A stretch of 64,000 bases of DNA from Chlorokybus atmophyticus (lineage: Eukaryota; Plantae; Mesostigma and Chlorokybus algae): positions 320,203-384,202 of the forward strand of contig RHPI01000260.1 in the NCBI GenBank assembly GCA_009103225.1. The letters run 5' to 3'. Position 1 is the stretch's first letter. Each line of letters starts with the position of its first letter. The notes beneath the pieces were generated by a model. It was not told the origin of the DNA, did not search any database, and saw nothing but the letters and a program-made list of their open reading frames with translations. The translations under genes and the position numbers were made by a program. Positions 36,901 through 49,189 of the stretch are shown here, piece by piece.

Positions 36901-38474
36901 GAAGATGAATGTCGAATGAACGTTGATTTGATGTAGTAGGTTATCCTATCTGTACAGAGCTATCTGTACTAGTGGCAATGCATGGCTTCACTGTTACCAC
37001 ACTGTCAAGACAACACCAGGGCAAGGCAGTGATAATCTCGTTGTCGCGTTGCCTTGTACATTAAGCCAACTTCACGTTGTTTCCATGCTTGCAGGCTGCC
37101 TATGGTTGATGCACGTCTATGATACCGTATACATGATTGACATAATGCATGCAGCTCGATCAGTTACAGAGGCAAGCGATTGGCGGGACATACTCGGCAT
37201 ACAAAAAGCGCAAACCACAGGCTGGGAGCCACTTTGCATGCCAGCACTTTGGAGATGAGTATGAGGCCAACTGTTGCTGAGCGCACAGCGCTCACGGAAA
37301 AAGGAACAATATGGGCCCGATCAACACGCCTGTGGTGAGTGACTTGTACACAAAGTGCAGGACACGCATGCGCATGCATCGGACACTATAAAGACAGTCA
37401 CAACATTACATGCACCGTACGCACAGCATCAATTTCAATGTAGTATACCACCAGGCTACCTTACTACGCAGCTACTCTACTCTACTCTACCGCCCTTACC
37501 CCATTAGTCATGCAACGGCATGCATGCGGCCAGCATCACCTTGACTGCTACACAGTGTCTTGATTTGCGTCTCGTGATGCCTTTGCATCAGCCAGTATGG
37601 TCGTCAATGTTGTCATGCACGGTATGACCATACATATGGGGAGCACGCCGGCCTTTTCATGCCTCTTCACCTTGCCTCCGCAGCCTTAAAGTTAGCGGGA
37701 CCTTGCTGCTGCTGTTGTTGTTGTTGTTGAAAGATGAGTGTCTGGAGGTGGGGTATCTGGTCAGTGGGCCCGCGCGGGGAATGGGTTGGTGTCCATGAGG
37801 TGGTGGTGGTGGTATTGAAAGGCTCGTCGGGGTAGAAAACTTGTGGTGCAGCTGAGGCACTGGAGCTGAAGCCGCTGAGACGTGAGCCTTTGTCCCAGGC
37901 TGCAAGCAAAGAGGCGTGCTTGCGCACACGCGAGCGTGCTTGTACACATGCACAGTTGGCCTGTCCATATGTATGTATGTATTGCGATGGTTGGATGATG
38001 CTGTGTGTCGCCTTGCCTTTGCTTCTTTAGCCGCTTAGCTGTGTCTGGTCGAAGGCCGACAGCTTTTGCAAGCAAAGCCAACGTGTTGACAACAGCAACT
38101 TGCGAAACACATCGCCTCCAGGCTGCATGCGCACACACCCAACGCACGCAGCTTCAGCATTGAAGCCGGCAATCCCCACCTCACTTGTCATGATTCCTCC
38201 GTTCTTGGGGTTTTCAGCGTGAGCCGCCAGCCCAAACAGCTGCTGCCAGCTCAAATTTGATCACGAAACCACACGCACATTCTGTGATGTTACATGAGCA
38301 CAGCAACACACGCAGGAACGCATGCGTGCGCGCTAACACACGCGCGCATGCATTGCGTTTCTGTACCCCGAGCGCATAGTTGTTGGCTGTGAGGTGCACC
38401 GTCGCGTGCCATCTCCTCCATTACTAGTGCATACGGGACGAAAGCTAGTGCATGGCTGTGTGCATTCGTCCTGG

Positions 38475-38521
38475 ATGCTCTAGCACTAGCACTCAGTCAC
38501 CGAGTGCTAGTGCTAGAGCAT
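38475..38521. repeat. Perfect 20-bp inverted repeat (hairpin, 7-nt loop)
   Basis: ATGCTCTAGCACTAGCACTC-AGTCACC-GAGTGCTAGTGCTAGAGCAT. Confidence 0.95.
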
Positions 38522-38564
38522 ATCCTAGACTAGCAAATGAGCAGTTGTTTGGGCCGAGCGGGAA

Positions 38565-38757
<193 letters not shown>

Positions 38758-39479
38758 GAGGGCGTCTCTGTCAAAGCATGTTGGCAGCCATGCCAAGCAT
38801 TGGTAGCTTATTCAGCTGTGGCAGAAGTGCGCCAAGGATATGGCGAGAACATCAGGCGCTCTGCAGCAGCCTCTTCCATTGCACGTGCGGCGTGCCATGG
38901 GTTGTGCCAAGTCCAGGCTGCTGGACAAAGCTTGACAAGACATCAGCTCGATAGCTGGCCCTCCACGCCAGCTGCTGACAAGGCCGCACCATACTCGCAC
39001 TTGTGGAGAAACCAACGGACAGCCGTCAGCCACCGCGGGTGCAGTGGGCAAGGCTAGTTGACGTAGCGATCTAGGCTGAAGCTTGCAACCGACGATGTAT
39101 AAACAGCTTTCTATATCAAAGAGTGGTTTAGGCTGAAACTTGGGCGTTTCATGGGTAGGCAGACTCAGTGTTGCTGGCTGCTGGAGTGTTACCAGGCTGC
39201 GGGCAGAGCACAACCAACCAGTGCAGAGAGCTTGACGCAGCTAAGGTGTGGACGCATGGAGGCTGCAGGTGCTGAGCGCAGAGCAAGCAAGAGCTGGTTG
39301 CAATGCGACAGCCAGCCCCAAGCTTGCAAGAGGTAAGCTATTTTGAAAGCTTTGGTGTGGCAAATGACAGCTGTCTTACAATCGCACGTGTACGCTGTCG
39401 TTATGGCTCATGTTTGTAAGCCAGCCATATAGTGTGACAGTTGCATAGCAAGCTTGCTCTCCCCTGCTTTGGACTGCGA

Positions 39480-41200
39480 CGGTCTCAGCTGCTGCAGTTG
39501 CAGAAAGCACGCAGCTTGATGCCATTAGCGCCTTGGCTTCGGAGATTTCAAGCAAAGTGTTCTCGACAAGACCATTGACCATGCGGTAAGTTTGACAAAT
39601 CAGCCTTATTTACGCATTCACTCGCTCCCTCGTTGCATTGCAGGAACACCAATCACATATTGTTGCTAATGAGCACATGCAAACATGGTGTGGCGTTGCA
39701 GGGGCATGCAATGCAACTGTGAACTGTTTCCAGACAAATGCATGACATCGTCATTGAAGAGAAGCGTTTCTGGAAGCATCTTCGCCTGTCTGGCTTTAAG
39801 GCGCTCGAGCAGTTCTACAAAGCCCATGGCAACTTGATCACAGCAGTGCAGCGCATGGTTATCCTGGGACCTCTGCCGGAAAGTCAGGTCCGTTGACCCC
39901 AGCTGTGCCAGTGGCTTGTACTGCATTGAGCTGTCACTGCAAGCGGTTGAGTTTTGTGGAACAGGTATACCGAGCTATGAGTTGTGTGGGTCTCATGTTT
40001 TCAACTCTTCGTGAGCTTGAGTGTAACGCTGCTCCATCCACTACATGAATGGGTATTGAACCCTGTGCACTCTGCCACAACATTGGAAACGCTTCCCCTT
40101 TGCTTCAAAGCGGCGACCAGTGGCAGTGGAAAAGTCTACAGCCCGATCAACCTCATGTGTCCAGCCTCTTTGTAGCAGCTGACTGTCACGATGAACCAAT
40201 GCGACACAACCCTATGTTTTGAGTCGGGGGCCAGGCTCGCAACACTTGCTCTGCATGGAAACTTACACGTGATTGGGTTTCCTGCGAAACTGCACTTGGT
40301 CGCTTAGCAGAAGCAGAGCTCGAAACGACACTGAAATCATGCAGTATATGCTGCACAGATTACCAAACATATCAGACCTCACTGTGGATTTCGCTGTTGG
40401 TCCAGGCAACCTTTGACATTAACATCCCAACAACTGCCAAGACCGTAAATTCCTTAACTTTGGTGCTCTGGTTAACGGCAAATGAGGATGACGATGATGA
40501 TGACGCTCCAATTGACAACAGTGACAATGATGCTGACGACGACGACGATGATGATGAGTTGGCTTACCGTGCAGGACCTATGATACGCACTACGTGCATG
40601 CTGCAGTCGCTGCCGGCCACCAAGGAGCTGACTCTGATACTATCCACCGTCCGTCAACCTGATGAGGTCAGAGTCCTCAAGCACTCGGCAACGGCGGACT
40701 GCGTACAACCACTTTCGGATACAATACAAGTGCTGAACAATGCAACTTGGTTGTTACTGCCATGCTTGGACCAATGTGCCGAGCTCCAAAGCTTGGCAAA
40801 CTTTAATTAGGATTGCAGCATGAACGCAATATATTTGTGACCTGCTACGGCATCCCAGCCAGGAGTTTGTTGCTGCGAAATACCGCACGTACTGGGAACA
40901 AGTAGCAGCCTTTTGCAAGAAGGGTGCTACTGTCGCTGTGCAAGTGGCCGATGGAGCCAAGTTCAAGCCATCCGTGGCGGTATGCAACACGCCTGTGTGC
41001 CCTTGTACTGCTGCAGCCCGTTGCATGTTTGGACGAGAACTCTTTTCATACTGTGTTCGGGACGATAGGACGTCGTATGTTGACGAAGACAACAGTATGA
41101 ACCTGCGTGCATACAAAGCGCAGCTGTCGGGATCACTAGCAATTTTTTCTGAGCTAGTGTGCAGCGATGATCCTTTCAAGGTAAGCAGTAAAGCAGTATA
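39480..41200 (+). pseudogene. F-box-like gene copy B
   Basis: L*TVSRQMHDIVIEEKRFWKHLRLSG with TGA at 39720-39722 where copy A has TGC; CMLQSLPATKELTLILS; Asp-rich insertion at ~40480-40560. Confidence 0.65.
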
Positions 41201-41659
41201 ACTACATGATCTGAGATATTGCCCCCCAAGGTGCTGTACATACTTGTCACTGCATGGTTGATGGTTTGATTGCACACTGGCGACGTTGCTGATCCTTGCC
41301 ACGTCTACATATTGAGTAGTTGTATGTCGCTGACATGCGTTGTTCGGTTGTGCTTGTGGCAACATCAGCTTAAGACTCCAGGCAGCACAAGTCTTGGCAA
41401 GTACAGGCGGTTGCATTTTGTAGTTCCAGTAAGACATATATACACTCTCTCTACTCAAGTTGGATGAGCAATGGCACCCAGCTCTTCGACTGAGCACGTC
41501 CAAAAAAGCAGGCTACTGCTGGTTGCAGAGACAACACAGGCAAGAAGCTACCAACCCAATTATAGTTTTGCTATGCGCCTCAAGCTAGGTCCATCTCTTT
41601 TGTGCATGCTTGCAGCCTGAATACGCTACAGCACTCTTTCTCGTGTTCACATACATAAC

Positions 41660-41970
41660 CCCAACCAGGCACAGAATAGATTAGCAATGGAAGTAGTGGA
41701 ACCTCTTCTAATGAACAGTGCTACTGCAGCAGGACCCAGCCAATGGAGGACATGCACACACCGCAAGTGGAGTGCGAAATACATGTACACCACCTGTGGC
41801 TTTCAACCCGGTGCTGCTTACTTGCTGCGGAGCCCTCAGCTGGTCGCCTTTGGCTACAAACCATGTCATGGTCAGCTCCATGCTTGGGCGGGTGAGCTAT
41901 GACTCCCCTTCCCTGACGTTCGCTCAGTGTGGCAAGCAATTCGGTACCCTGGCATTCCACGGCCTCCTCC
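41660..41970 (-). pseudogene. Possible highly decayed PHT4/SLC17 remnant (copy 2)
   Basis: Short peptide matches to the intact transporter (PW.., GVHV, GPA..STT) at the expected position after copy B; weak. Confidence 0.3.
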
Positions 41971-42879
41971 GCCAGCGCCGCCGCCGCCAGCATACAAGCA
42001 AGCGCCACTCAGTGCGCAGGCTCAGCTGTTTTGCTGCACAGCAGCGCATGCAGAGCCCGTGCAGAGAAATGCAGTGCACCGAGCGGCAATCCAAGTGTGA
42101 TCCAAGGCTTGCTGGAGAAAGGTGGTTGTCGGAGTATGGATGTTGACTACGCCATGCCATGTCAATCAACGCACTGCAGGACGCACGGCTTGAGCAGACA
42201 GCTTGCGGCGCTGTGGTGGTTTGTCCATGGACTGCTGTTAAGTCTGTGGCATTGCTGACATTGGTGCCAACTGCTGTCATGCATACAGCCGCCGTAAGAA
42301 GGTGATGCCTGCTAGGTTTAGGCTGCGTGTCTGAATGACGACGCTTAACAAGGTATCAACTTCGTAGCTGGCGCTCCACGTCAGCTGCTGAAAAGGCCGC
42401 CTTGCTCGTACCTGTCGAGAAAACCAGCCCGCCACTCACTGCAGCTTGGCCCCATGCCTGGAGCTTGCCAAGCTGCAACGCCGAGCGTTGCATGATGAAG
42501 CACACTCAGCGGGGACTTGTTGAAAGTACCAAGCAGACCGCAACAACCCAGGGAAAGAGCATCTGCTCGAGTGCGCCGCACACGTGAAGCTGACGAATGG
42601 AGGCTGCGGGCGCTAAGCTGAGCGCAAACAAGCGCCGTGCGCAAGGCAACAGCCAGCCTTGGACTCAGAGGTACAGCTCTACACGTGGCGTCGTCAACAA
42701 GGACAGCTGAACGTGCTGCGGCTGCTGTGTGGTTGCGCAAGTGTACCCTGACGTTCCACCTGTGTACTACGCAACAGGCTCCCCTGTTTTATCGTGTGAG
42801 CACCTTGCCTGACTTTATAAACACTGCATCGTGCCTGCCTTGCTAGAAGCAAGACGGAAGTCCTGTGTTGATTGTTTTG

Positions 42880-44601
42880 AGTAATTACCTGACAGCCGCA
42901 GTAGCAGCAAGCACGATGCCGTCAGCGCCTTTGCGTTGGAGGTCATTAAGCACAACGTGCTACACTGCATCGTGCATGCCGTGCAAGTAGCATAAATGCA
43001 GTCCTGTTTTGATTTGTGACTACCTGGCAGCCGCTGCACCTGCAGTAGCAGCAAGCACGACGCCGTCAGCGCCTTTGCGTTGGAGATCTTCAAGCACAAC
43101 GTGCTGGATGCGGCTGTGGAGCATTCGGTAAGGTCAACGTCGCATGTAGCAGTTTACGTGCTTGGTGTAGGTGCCCCTTGAGCATGTTGTATGATAGACG
43201 TGCTGCACAGCAGGGTCATGCAATGCAGCTGTGCACTTTGTCCAAACGACTGCGCAACATCCTCATCAAGGATATGCGTTTTTGGAGACATCTTCGCCTT
43301 TCTGGCCTTAAGGCGCTTGAGCAGTACCGCAAGCCAATGGCGACTTGATCACAGCAGTGGACATCTTGGTATTTTTCCAGCCTCTACCAGACAGTCAGGT
43401 AAGACAACCTCAACTGCGGCATTTGCTACAGTGAGAGCACCGCTAGCGAAGACGTAATAGCTGTGTGGGACAGGTATACCGAGCGATGAGTTGTGTGGGT
43501 GTACTGTTCTCAGCTATACGTGAACTAGAGTTACAGCTGGTTCTTCCGTTGGATGCAATTGAGGGATTCAGGCCTTTGTGCCACAAAATTGGAAGCGCTC
43601 ACCTTGCACTTCGGTGTAGCAACCAACAGCAGTCCACCGAGTGCCTACCGGGTTGACCTTGCGTACCCAGCGTCTTTACAACAGCTGACCATCAAGGCAA
43701 ACCAGCGCACGCCAACCCTCCGTTTGACCTTGTCTACGTGGTCTACGTTACCGCCTAGGTTGACAGCTCTCACTCTGCATGGCTTGCCAAAGGCGTTAGC
43801 ATTGCAAACCTGCACATTGTTGCTCACTGGAGGCTCAGCGTTGCAGTCCATCCGCAAGGTGATGTCTCAAGCACCGAATGTCTCAGACGTCACTTTGGGC
43901 CGTTGTGTTGGTCCTCGTAACCTTGACATTCGGTCCCGTCAATCACCAAGACTTTGACCTCCTTGATGTTGGTGATCTCCTCATTAATGAGTATTGGAGA
44001 TAGCACTGTGATTAAGTGCATGTTGCAAGTGCTGCCAGCCACGAAGGAGCTGACGCTGCTAGTATCCACCATTCGCTCTAGTGAGCTAGGTTGTTTTAAG
44101 CACCAATGGGTCTTGGACTGTACGCAGCCGCTTCCAGACACAATACACGTGCTGATTGATGGGCATAATGTGACACTGCCATGCTTCAAGAGATGTGCAA
44201 ATCTCAGAAGCCTGGCAGTGTTCAATTGTGGCAGCATGGATCTGGCCTCTAACCTGCCATGGCCAATCCAGGAGTATGTTGCTGCAGAGTGCTGCACAAT
44301 CCGAAGAAAAGTAACAGCTTACTGCCAGAAGGGTGCTACTGTCGCTGTGCAAGGGCTCAATAGAGCAACATCCAAGTCGTCCGTGGCGGTATGCAACACG
44401 CCTGTGCGCCCTGGGATTGCTGCAGCCAATCGCTTGTTTCGACAAGAACTTCCTTCGTACTTCATGAGGGAAGGGTCAAGATCTTACACTTTAGCCGACA
44501 GCAACCCAAGTTCGGATGCATGCAAAGCGCAGCTGTCGGAATCACTGGCACAGTTTCTCAATGTAATTTGCAACTACGATGCTTTTTATATGGTGATATG
44601 A
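42880..44601 (+). pseudogene. F-box-like gene copy C
   Basis: LCTLSKRLRNILIKDMRFWRHLRL; 1-bp deletion at ~43331 relative to copies A and B; CMLQVLPATKELTLLVS; the KHDAVSAFALE exon is duplicated (~42905 and ~43045). Confidence 0.65.
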
Positions 44602-45538
44602 ACAGTAATCTATCCTGTTGGCTATACATAGCTGTCTATTAAAGTGTCATGTTGCTGCTTGGTGAGTCTTCGAACGTTTTGTGTACAGAAAATGCGAGAG
44701 GGGTATGCCCATTCAGACTACACCACGCTTGCAACACTCTGCACAACACAAAGACACATGCATGTGCATTGCCGTTTTGCATTGTTTGTATATGCGCAGG
44801 CGCAGGTGACCGCAACTGCTATGCATGCATGTCTAACAGGGGGGCAGTAATGGTAGACTTAGAGGTAGTTAGCAGGCAGAATGTGTGTGGCGCCTTGCCC
44901 CGGTGGTCGATGTGGTGAGTGTTGGTGGTGTTGCATGTTATGCACTCCTTCTTGCATCTTTTGTACACTCACCTTGTTGCTACATATGTGTATGTGTACA
45001 AAAATCAAAGGTGTTTATGTCTCGCGTAGCGCTGGGATTCAAATCAACAAGTTGTCAATGCTGGACTTGACATTGGTCCCAGACAGCTCCTGAGAGTGCA
45101 CAACTGTTGCTAGTTGTTACAAGTACGCCCCTAGCATGTTGCGTAGACCCTTGTGCTCTCGTATCAACAAGCTGGACATCTAAGTGGTACTTACCCTGCG
45201 CAAGCTCCCACTGCTGGCAGGAGCAGAAGTAGTAAGTTGCTTGCGCGCGTGCCAACAGCATCATCGCACCTTCTCATGCATGTTGCGCTCCATCGACAAG
45301 GCGCAACGAACCAAAGTGGCTGTAGAGATACCCTGGAAAGCAACCCACCAGCCCGTTTACTGTTTGACCCTGACTCAGGGTTGGATCATTTTGCCGTAGT
45401 CAGCTGCATGTACTCAAGGCGATTGAGTGTGAAAACAGTATTCACATATGTAGCCAAAAAGGAAGGAATACAACAGGCACGAATTGATGAGCATCGCTCA
45501 ATGTACACTGCACACAACATCAAACACTAAATATCAGC

Positions 45539-47300
45539 CTAACTGAACAATCGTTCTGCAGTTCCGTGCTGCACATAGAATATGCAGCCAGCAACATCAA
45601 TCATAGAAGCAAGAGCGAACACCGCCTGCCATGAGTGCGTGTGCTGCATGATGTACGCGCTGAGGGGCACAGCAACCATCCCTGGTATTGATGAAACGGT
45701 ATTCGACAAGCCCATCAGCGGCCCAGCGAATCGAGGAGCAACGTCAAGGTGGTTGATGAGCGCGCCTGCGTGCATCAGTGTCGCAGAAGCCTGCGATGGT
45801 ATGGCAGAATGGTTGTTACGCCAGCACAACAAGTGCATCAAGTTGTAACCATATGTTGCAAGCAACAGAGCGTACCAGCACGCAGGAGATGAGTATGAGG
45901 CCAAATGTTGTTGAGCGCACTGCACTGAAGAAAGTGAGAAACAACGCGGGCCCGAGCAACCCACCCGCGGTGAGTGATTTGCGTATTTGCGTCACGTGGA
46001 CGCCTTTGGCATGCATGGCATCAGCCAGTATACCCGTCACTGCTGTCATGCACGTCATTACCGCGTACGGGACAAACGTGAGCCCTAGCGAGCCCTTGGG
46101 CACGCCGAGGACACTGTGGAAGTATGTTGGCAGCCACGCCAAGCACAGGTAGCTCATCCAGTTGTGGCAGAAGTGCGCTACAAAAATGGCGAGCACAGCA
46201 GGCGTCTGCAGCAGCTTCTTCCACGGAACGTTGGGTGTATCGTGTAACGCACTATGTGGTCCAAGTCTTGTGTACGAGTGCGAGCGCTGAATGCCCGACT
46301 CCGGCGTGCGTAGGCTCCCGTCAACTGACTTGCCTTTCATCTCGTCTGCAAGCGTGAGAGGAAGTTTTTCAAACATGCGCTAACAACCAAGGCACTGCAT
46401 GTAGCACACACCTGCATCGGTTTCCTCGTGTACTGCATGGATAGCTGTGCGGGGTTCACTTTCGGCAAGGAAAGTCCAGCAGGCGCACCATGCAAAGCCG
46501 GCAGCACCAAAAGTGTAGAACACTGTTGGCCAGCCGTACCGGGTAATGATCCAGGGTGACAGAACCAGCGCTGAAACGGTGCCAAGAGTGACACCACCCT
46601 GCAGCAAGTGAGGTTTGATGAGTTCACAGCAATAACGGTGATGTGAGCTTGCTGTGCTTACGTTGGGTGAGCTGCTGTTGTGCCAAACAGCAGCTGTTTA
46701 ATCAAGATAACATGTGCGAACGTGCCTGCACAACAGCAAAGGACCTCGCCCTTTCGTGCAGCGGTGTCCACACTGCCATGATATGGTAAATGACTGGGAA
46801 GCACATCCCCTCTCCCATACCCATCAACACGCGCGCCAGAATCAGCGCAGGCAGCGAGTGCTTTGCCGCTGAACAGCAGGAAAATGGCCCAGTTTAGATG
46901 AGTCATGCTTGTCAATGTGTGTCAAGCATGGCGACAACTTGAGAAGTACAACATACCTGCTGGTGTCAAGTACGTGAAAGCCGACCACCATGCAACAGCA
47001 AAGTTCAAGAGCCTTTTGCCACCAAATTTTTGTGCTAGCACGCCACCCAATAGTTGCGTTGTCAAATAGCCATAGAAGAACGAGGAGAGGATCCAGCCTT
47101 GTGTTATGGCATCCCACCCTACATGACACATGGTGCCAAGCTAGTCAACATTGAGAATAAGCACAGGTATATGAAGACATGCTAGCGGCTTACTTACCTC
47201 TGTCAGAAGCCATGCTCAATATGGCGACAGAAACATTCACCCGGTCGGCGTAACAGACCATGGTGCTGTACAAGGGCAGCTGATCAGGTCTTTTCAACAA
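45539..47300 (-). CDS. PHT4: MFS anion/phosphate transporter (SLC17/PHT4/ANTR family), apparently intact, multi-exon; 5' end uncertain
   Basis: MVCYADRVNVSVAI, QGWILSSFFYGYLTTQLLGG..FGGKR, ARVLMGMGEGMCFP..ERARS, YGWPTVFYTFG, VPWKKLL..AHFCHNW..LAWLPTYF, NHLDVAPRFAGPLMGLSNT. Confidence 0.92.
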
Positions 47301-48440
47301 GCCAAAGCCACTGACAACATTACCCCGGGTGGCTATGGTCAGCGTATTGTCACTTGTTCATGCATCACTCGTTCATGCACGTGCAAACATTCAGTGTAGC
47401 TTTTTGTCAATTGTGTTAACAAGGTATGCAACCAGACAATGCTAGTTGTCAATACAGACAGCGCAAACTACGCGTCACAGTGCAGACAGCCTCCAGTCGC
47501 TACTTATACCAACAGTGTAATGTAATGCACAGTGCATACACTCTGCATTCGTGCCATGCCAACACATTGAACTTACGCATGCAAAGAGAGTAGACACGAC
47601 CGATTTCTCTACAAATAAAAAAATCTTTGCATGGCATTGGCGACTCACCTCAATGCGCACAGACCGACAACAATGTGGCGTGCCTCCATCATGATGACCA
47701 ACTGCCACTGCTAATTTCAATGTCTGCCTCCTTTGCGTGTCGCTCGGTGCTTCACACAACTCAGCTCATTTCCTTGACTTGAAGCGTCAAACGTTGCGTA
47801 TGCTGTGGCGTGAGCACCTCTTCAATGCCATGCTGCTGCTGTCACGTCTCAGACTGCTTGCAGAGTGCTTAGCTCGCAGCCAAGTCAGTGCGGCAGCATC
47901 CAGACCTCCTAACCAAGCTAAGAAGTGCAGACCAACAAAAATGGTAGTTGGCCAGCCACCGCCCAGCCCGTCCCGTACGCTCACGCCGCCCGCAATGCCG
48001 CCGTCGCTGCTCAGCGTGACCAGAGGCAGCACATACAGTTACTTGGCAATGCGTAAAACTTACAACCAGGGCGAAATCTCCCGTTTTACTAGGTTCTGTT
48101 CTGGGAAATTGGTTTTGTCGTTGACACAATTTGTCAGGCTCTTGGAGAGTTATCTACCGGTATTTGAGCCTTAAAGAACTGTAACTTTACATGCATGCAT
48201 GGCATGCACGTTGCAACAACACCTGATCTGTCCGCATTTGTGGTGTTACAAAAATGCATATAAGCAAGGTTTTTATAAATCTTGCATAATGCATTGTAAC
48301 CGGATAAATGATTAATCTGTAGTGTTGCACGATAAAACTTAAGATTTTACATTAAACATATTCAAGATTTTATTCATTGAATTGCTGATGTAGTACGATG
48401 GGATACCGTGTGATACAGCATACATTATTGCAATGACATA

Positions 48441-48485
48441 TGAGTGAGAGTGAGAGTGTGTGTGTGTGTGTGTGTGCGTGCGTGC

Positions 48486-48521
<36 letters not shown>
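48441..48521. repeat. Compound (GAGTGA)/(GT)n/(GCGT)n microsatellite
   Basis: Seen directly. Confidence 0.95.
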
Positions 48522-48523
<2 letters not shown>

Positions 48524-49189
48524 AGGATGCGCGAGACCATTGGCGACATGTGTGTGCGCGTGCTGATAATTTGTATTTCATCTCATGATCATGGAGATTG
48601 ATTAGCAAGGTTGGCAAAAAAGTCACGTTCGAGTCCGGCGAACAGAGAACACTTTATGTTTGCTGTTGATGTTGTAATAAATCGCATCTGTTGACATAGT
48701 CTAAGCATTGGCAAGCATCGCCCTCGCATATTACACAGTCATGTTGATGCTATGAACACATACAATAAAGCCGGGAGTATGTTATGTGCAAGGTCGAGCT
48801 TGCACCACAATCCAGTGCAAGGTGCACAATCCATTGTGCATCATTTCTCAATGAAATGGCGATGATGAACAATAGTGTCAGAGAGTGCATAGCATGAACG
48901 ACTGATACATGTCTACCATCAAAAGGCGTTGTTGCGTGTGCTAGTATTTAGCAGGATATCTTATATACTTACACAAGTACACACCGTGATTGCACTATCC
49001 GCCTTGAAAACTAAACCGCTAATATGCACTTTCTGCTAAGCTGTAGTATTGTTATAATGTTATCACAATTACCATAAGTAGTCTTAAAACCCAAGATGTT
49101 GTTGCACAATGTCAAAACGGTTTGACTGCAACAATGCTTACACTTAACTTGACTCAACCTTCTTATGTACATATGCGACACTATACATC

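Noticed and set aside
38475-38535. Definite Helitron 3' terminus
   Set aside because: The hairpin and CTAG are present, but the CTAG is not followed by the target T and no 5' TC end was identified; kept only as a hypothesis in the findings.
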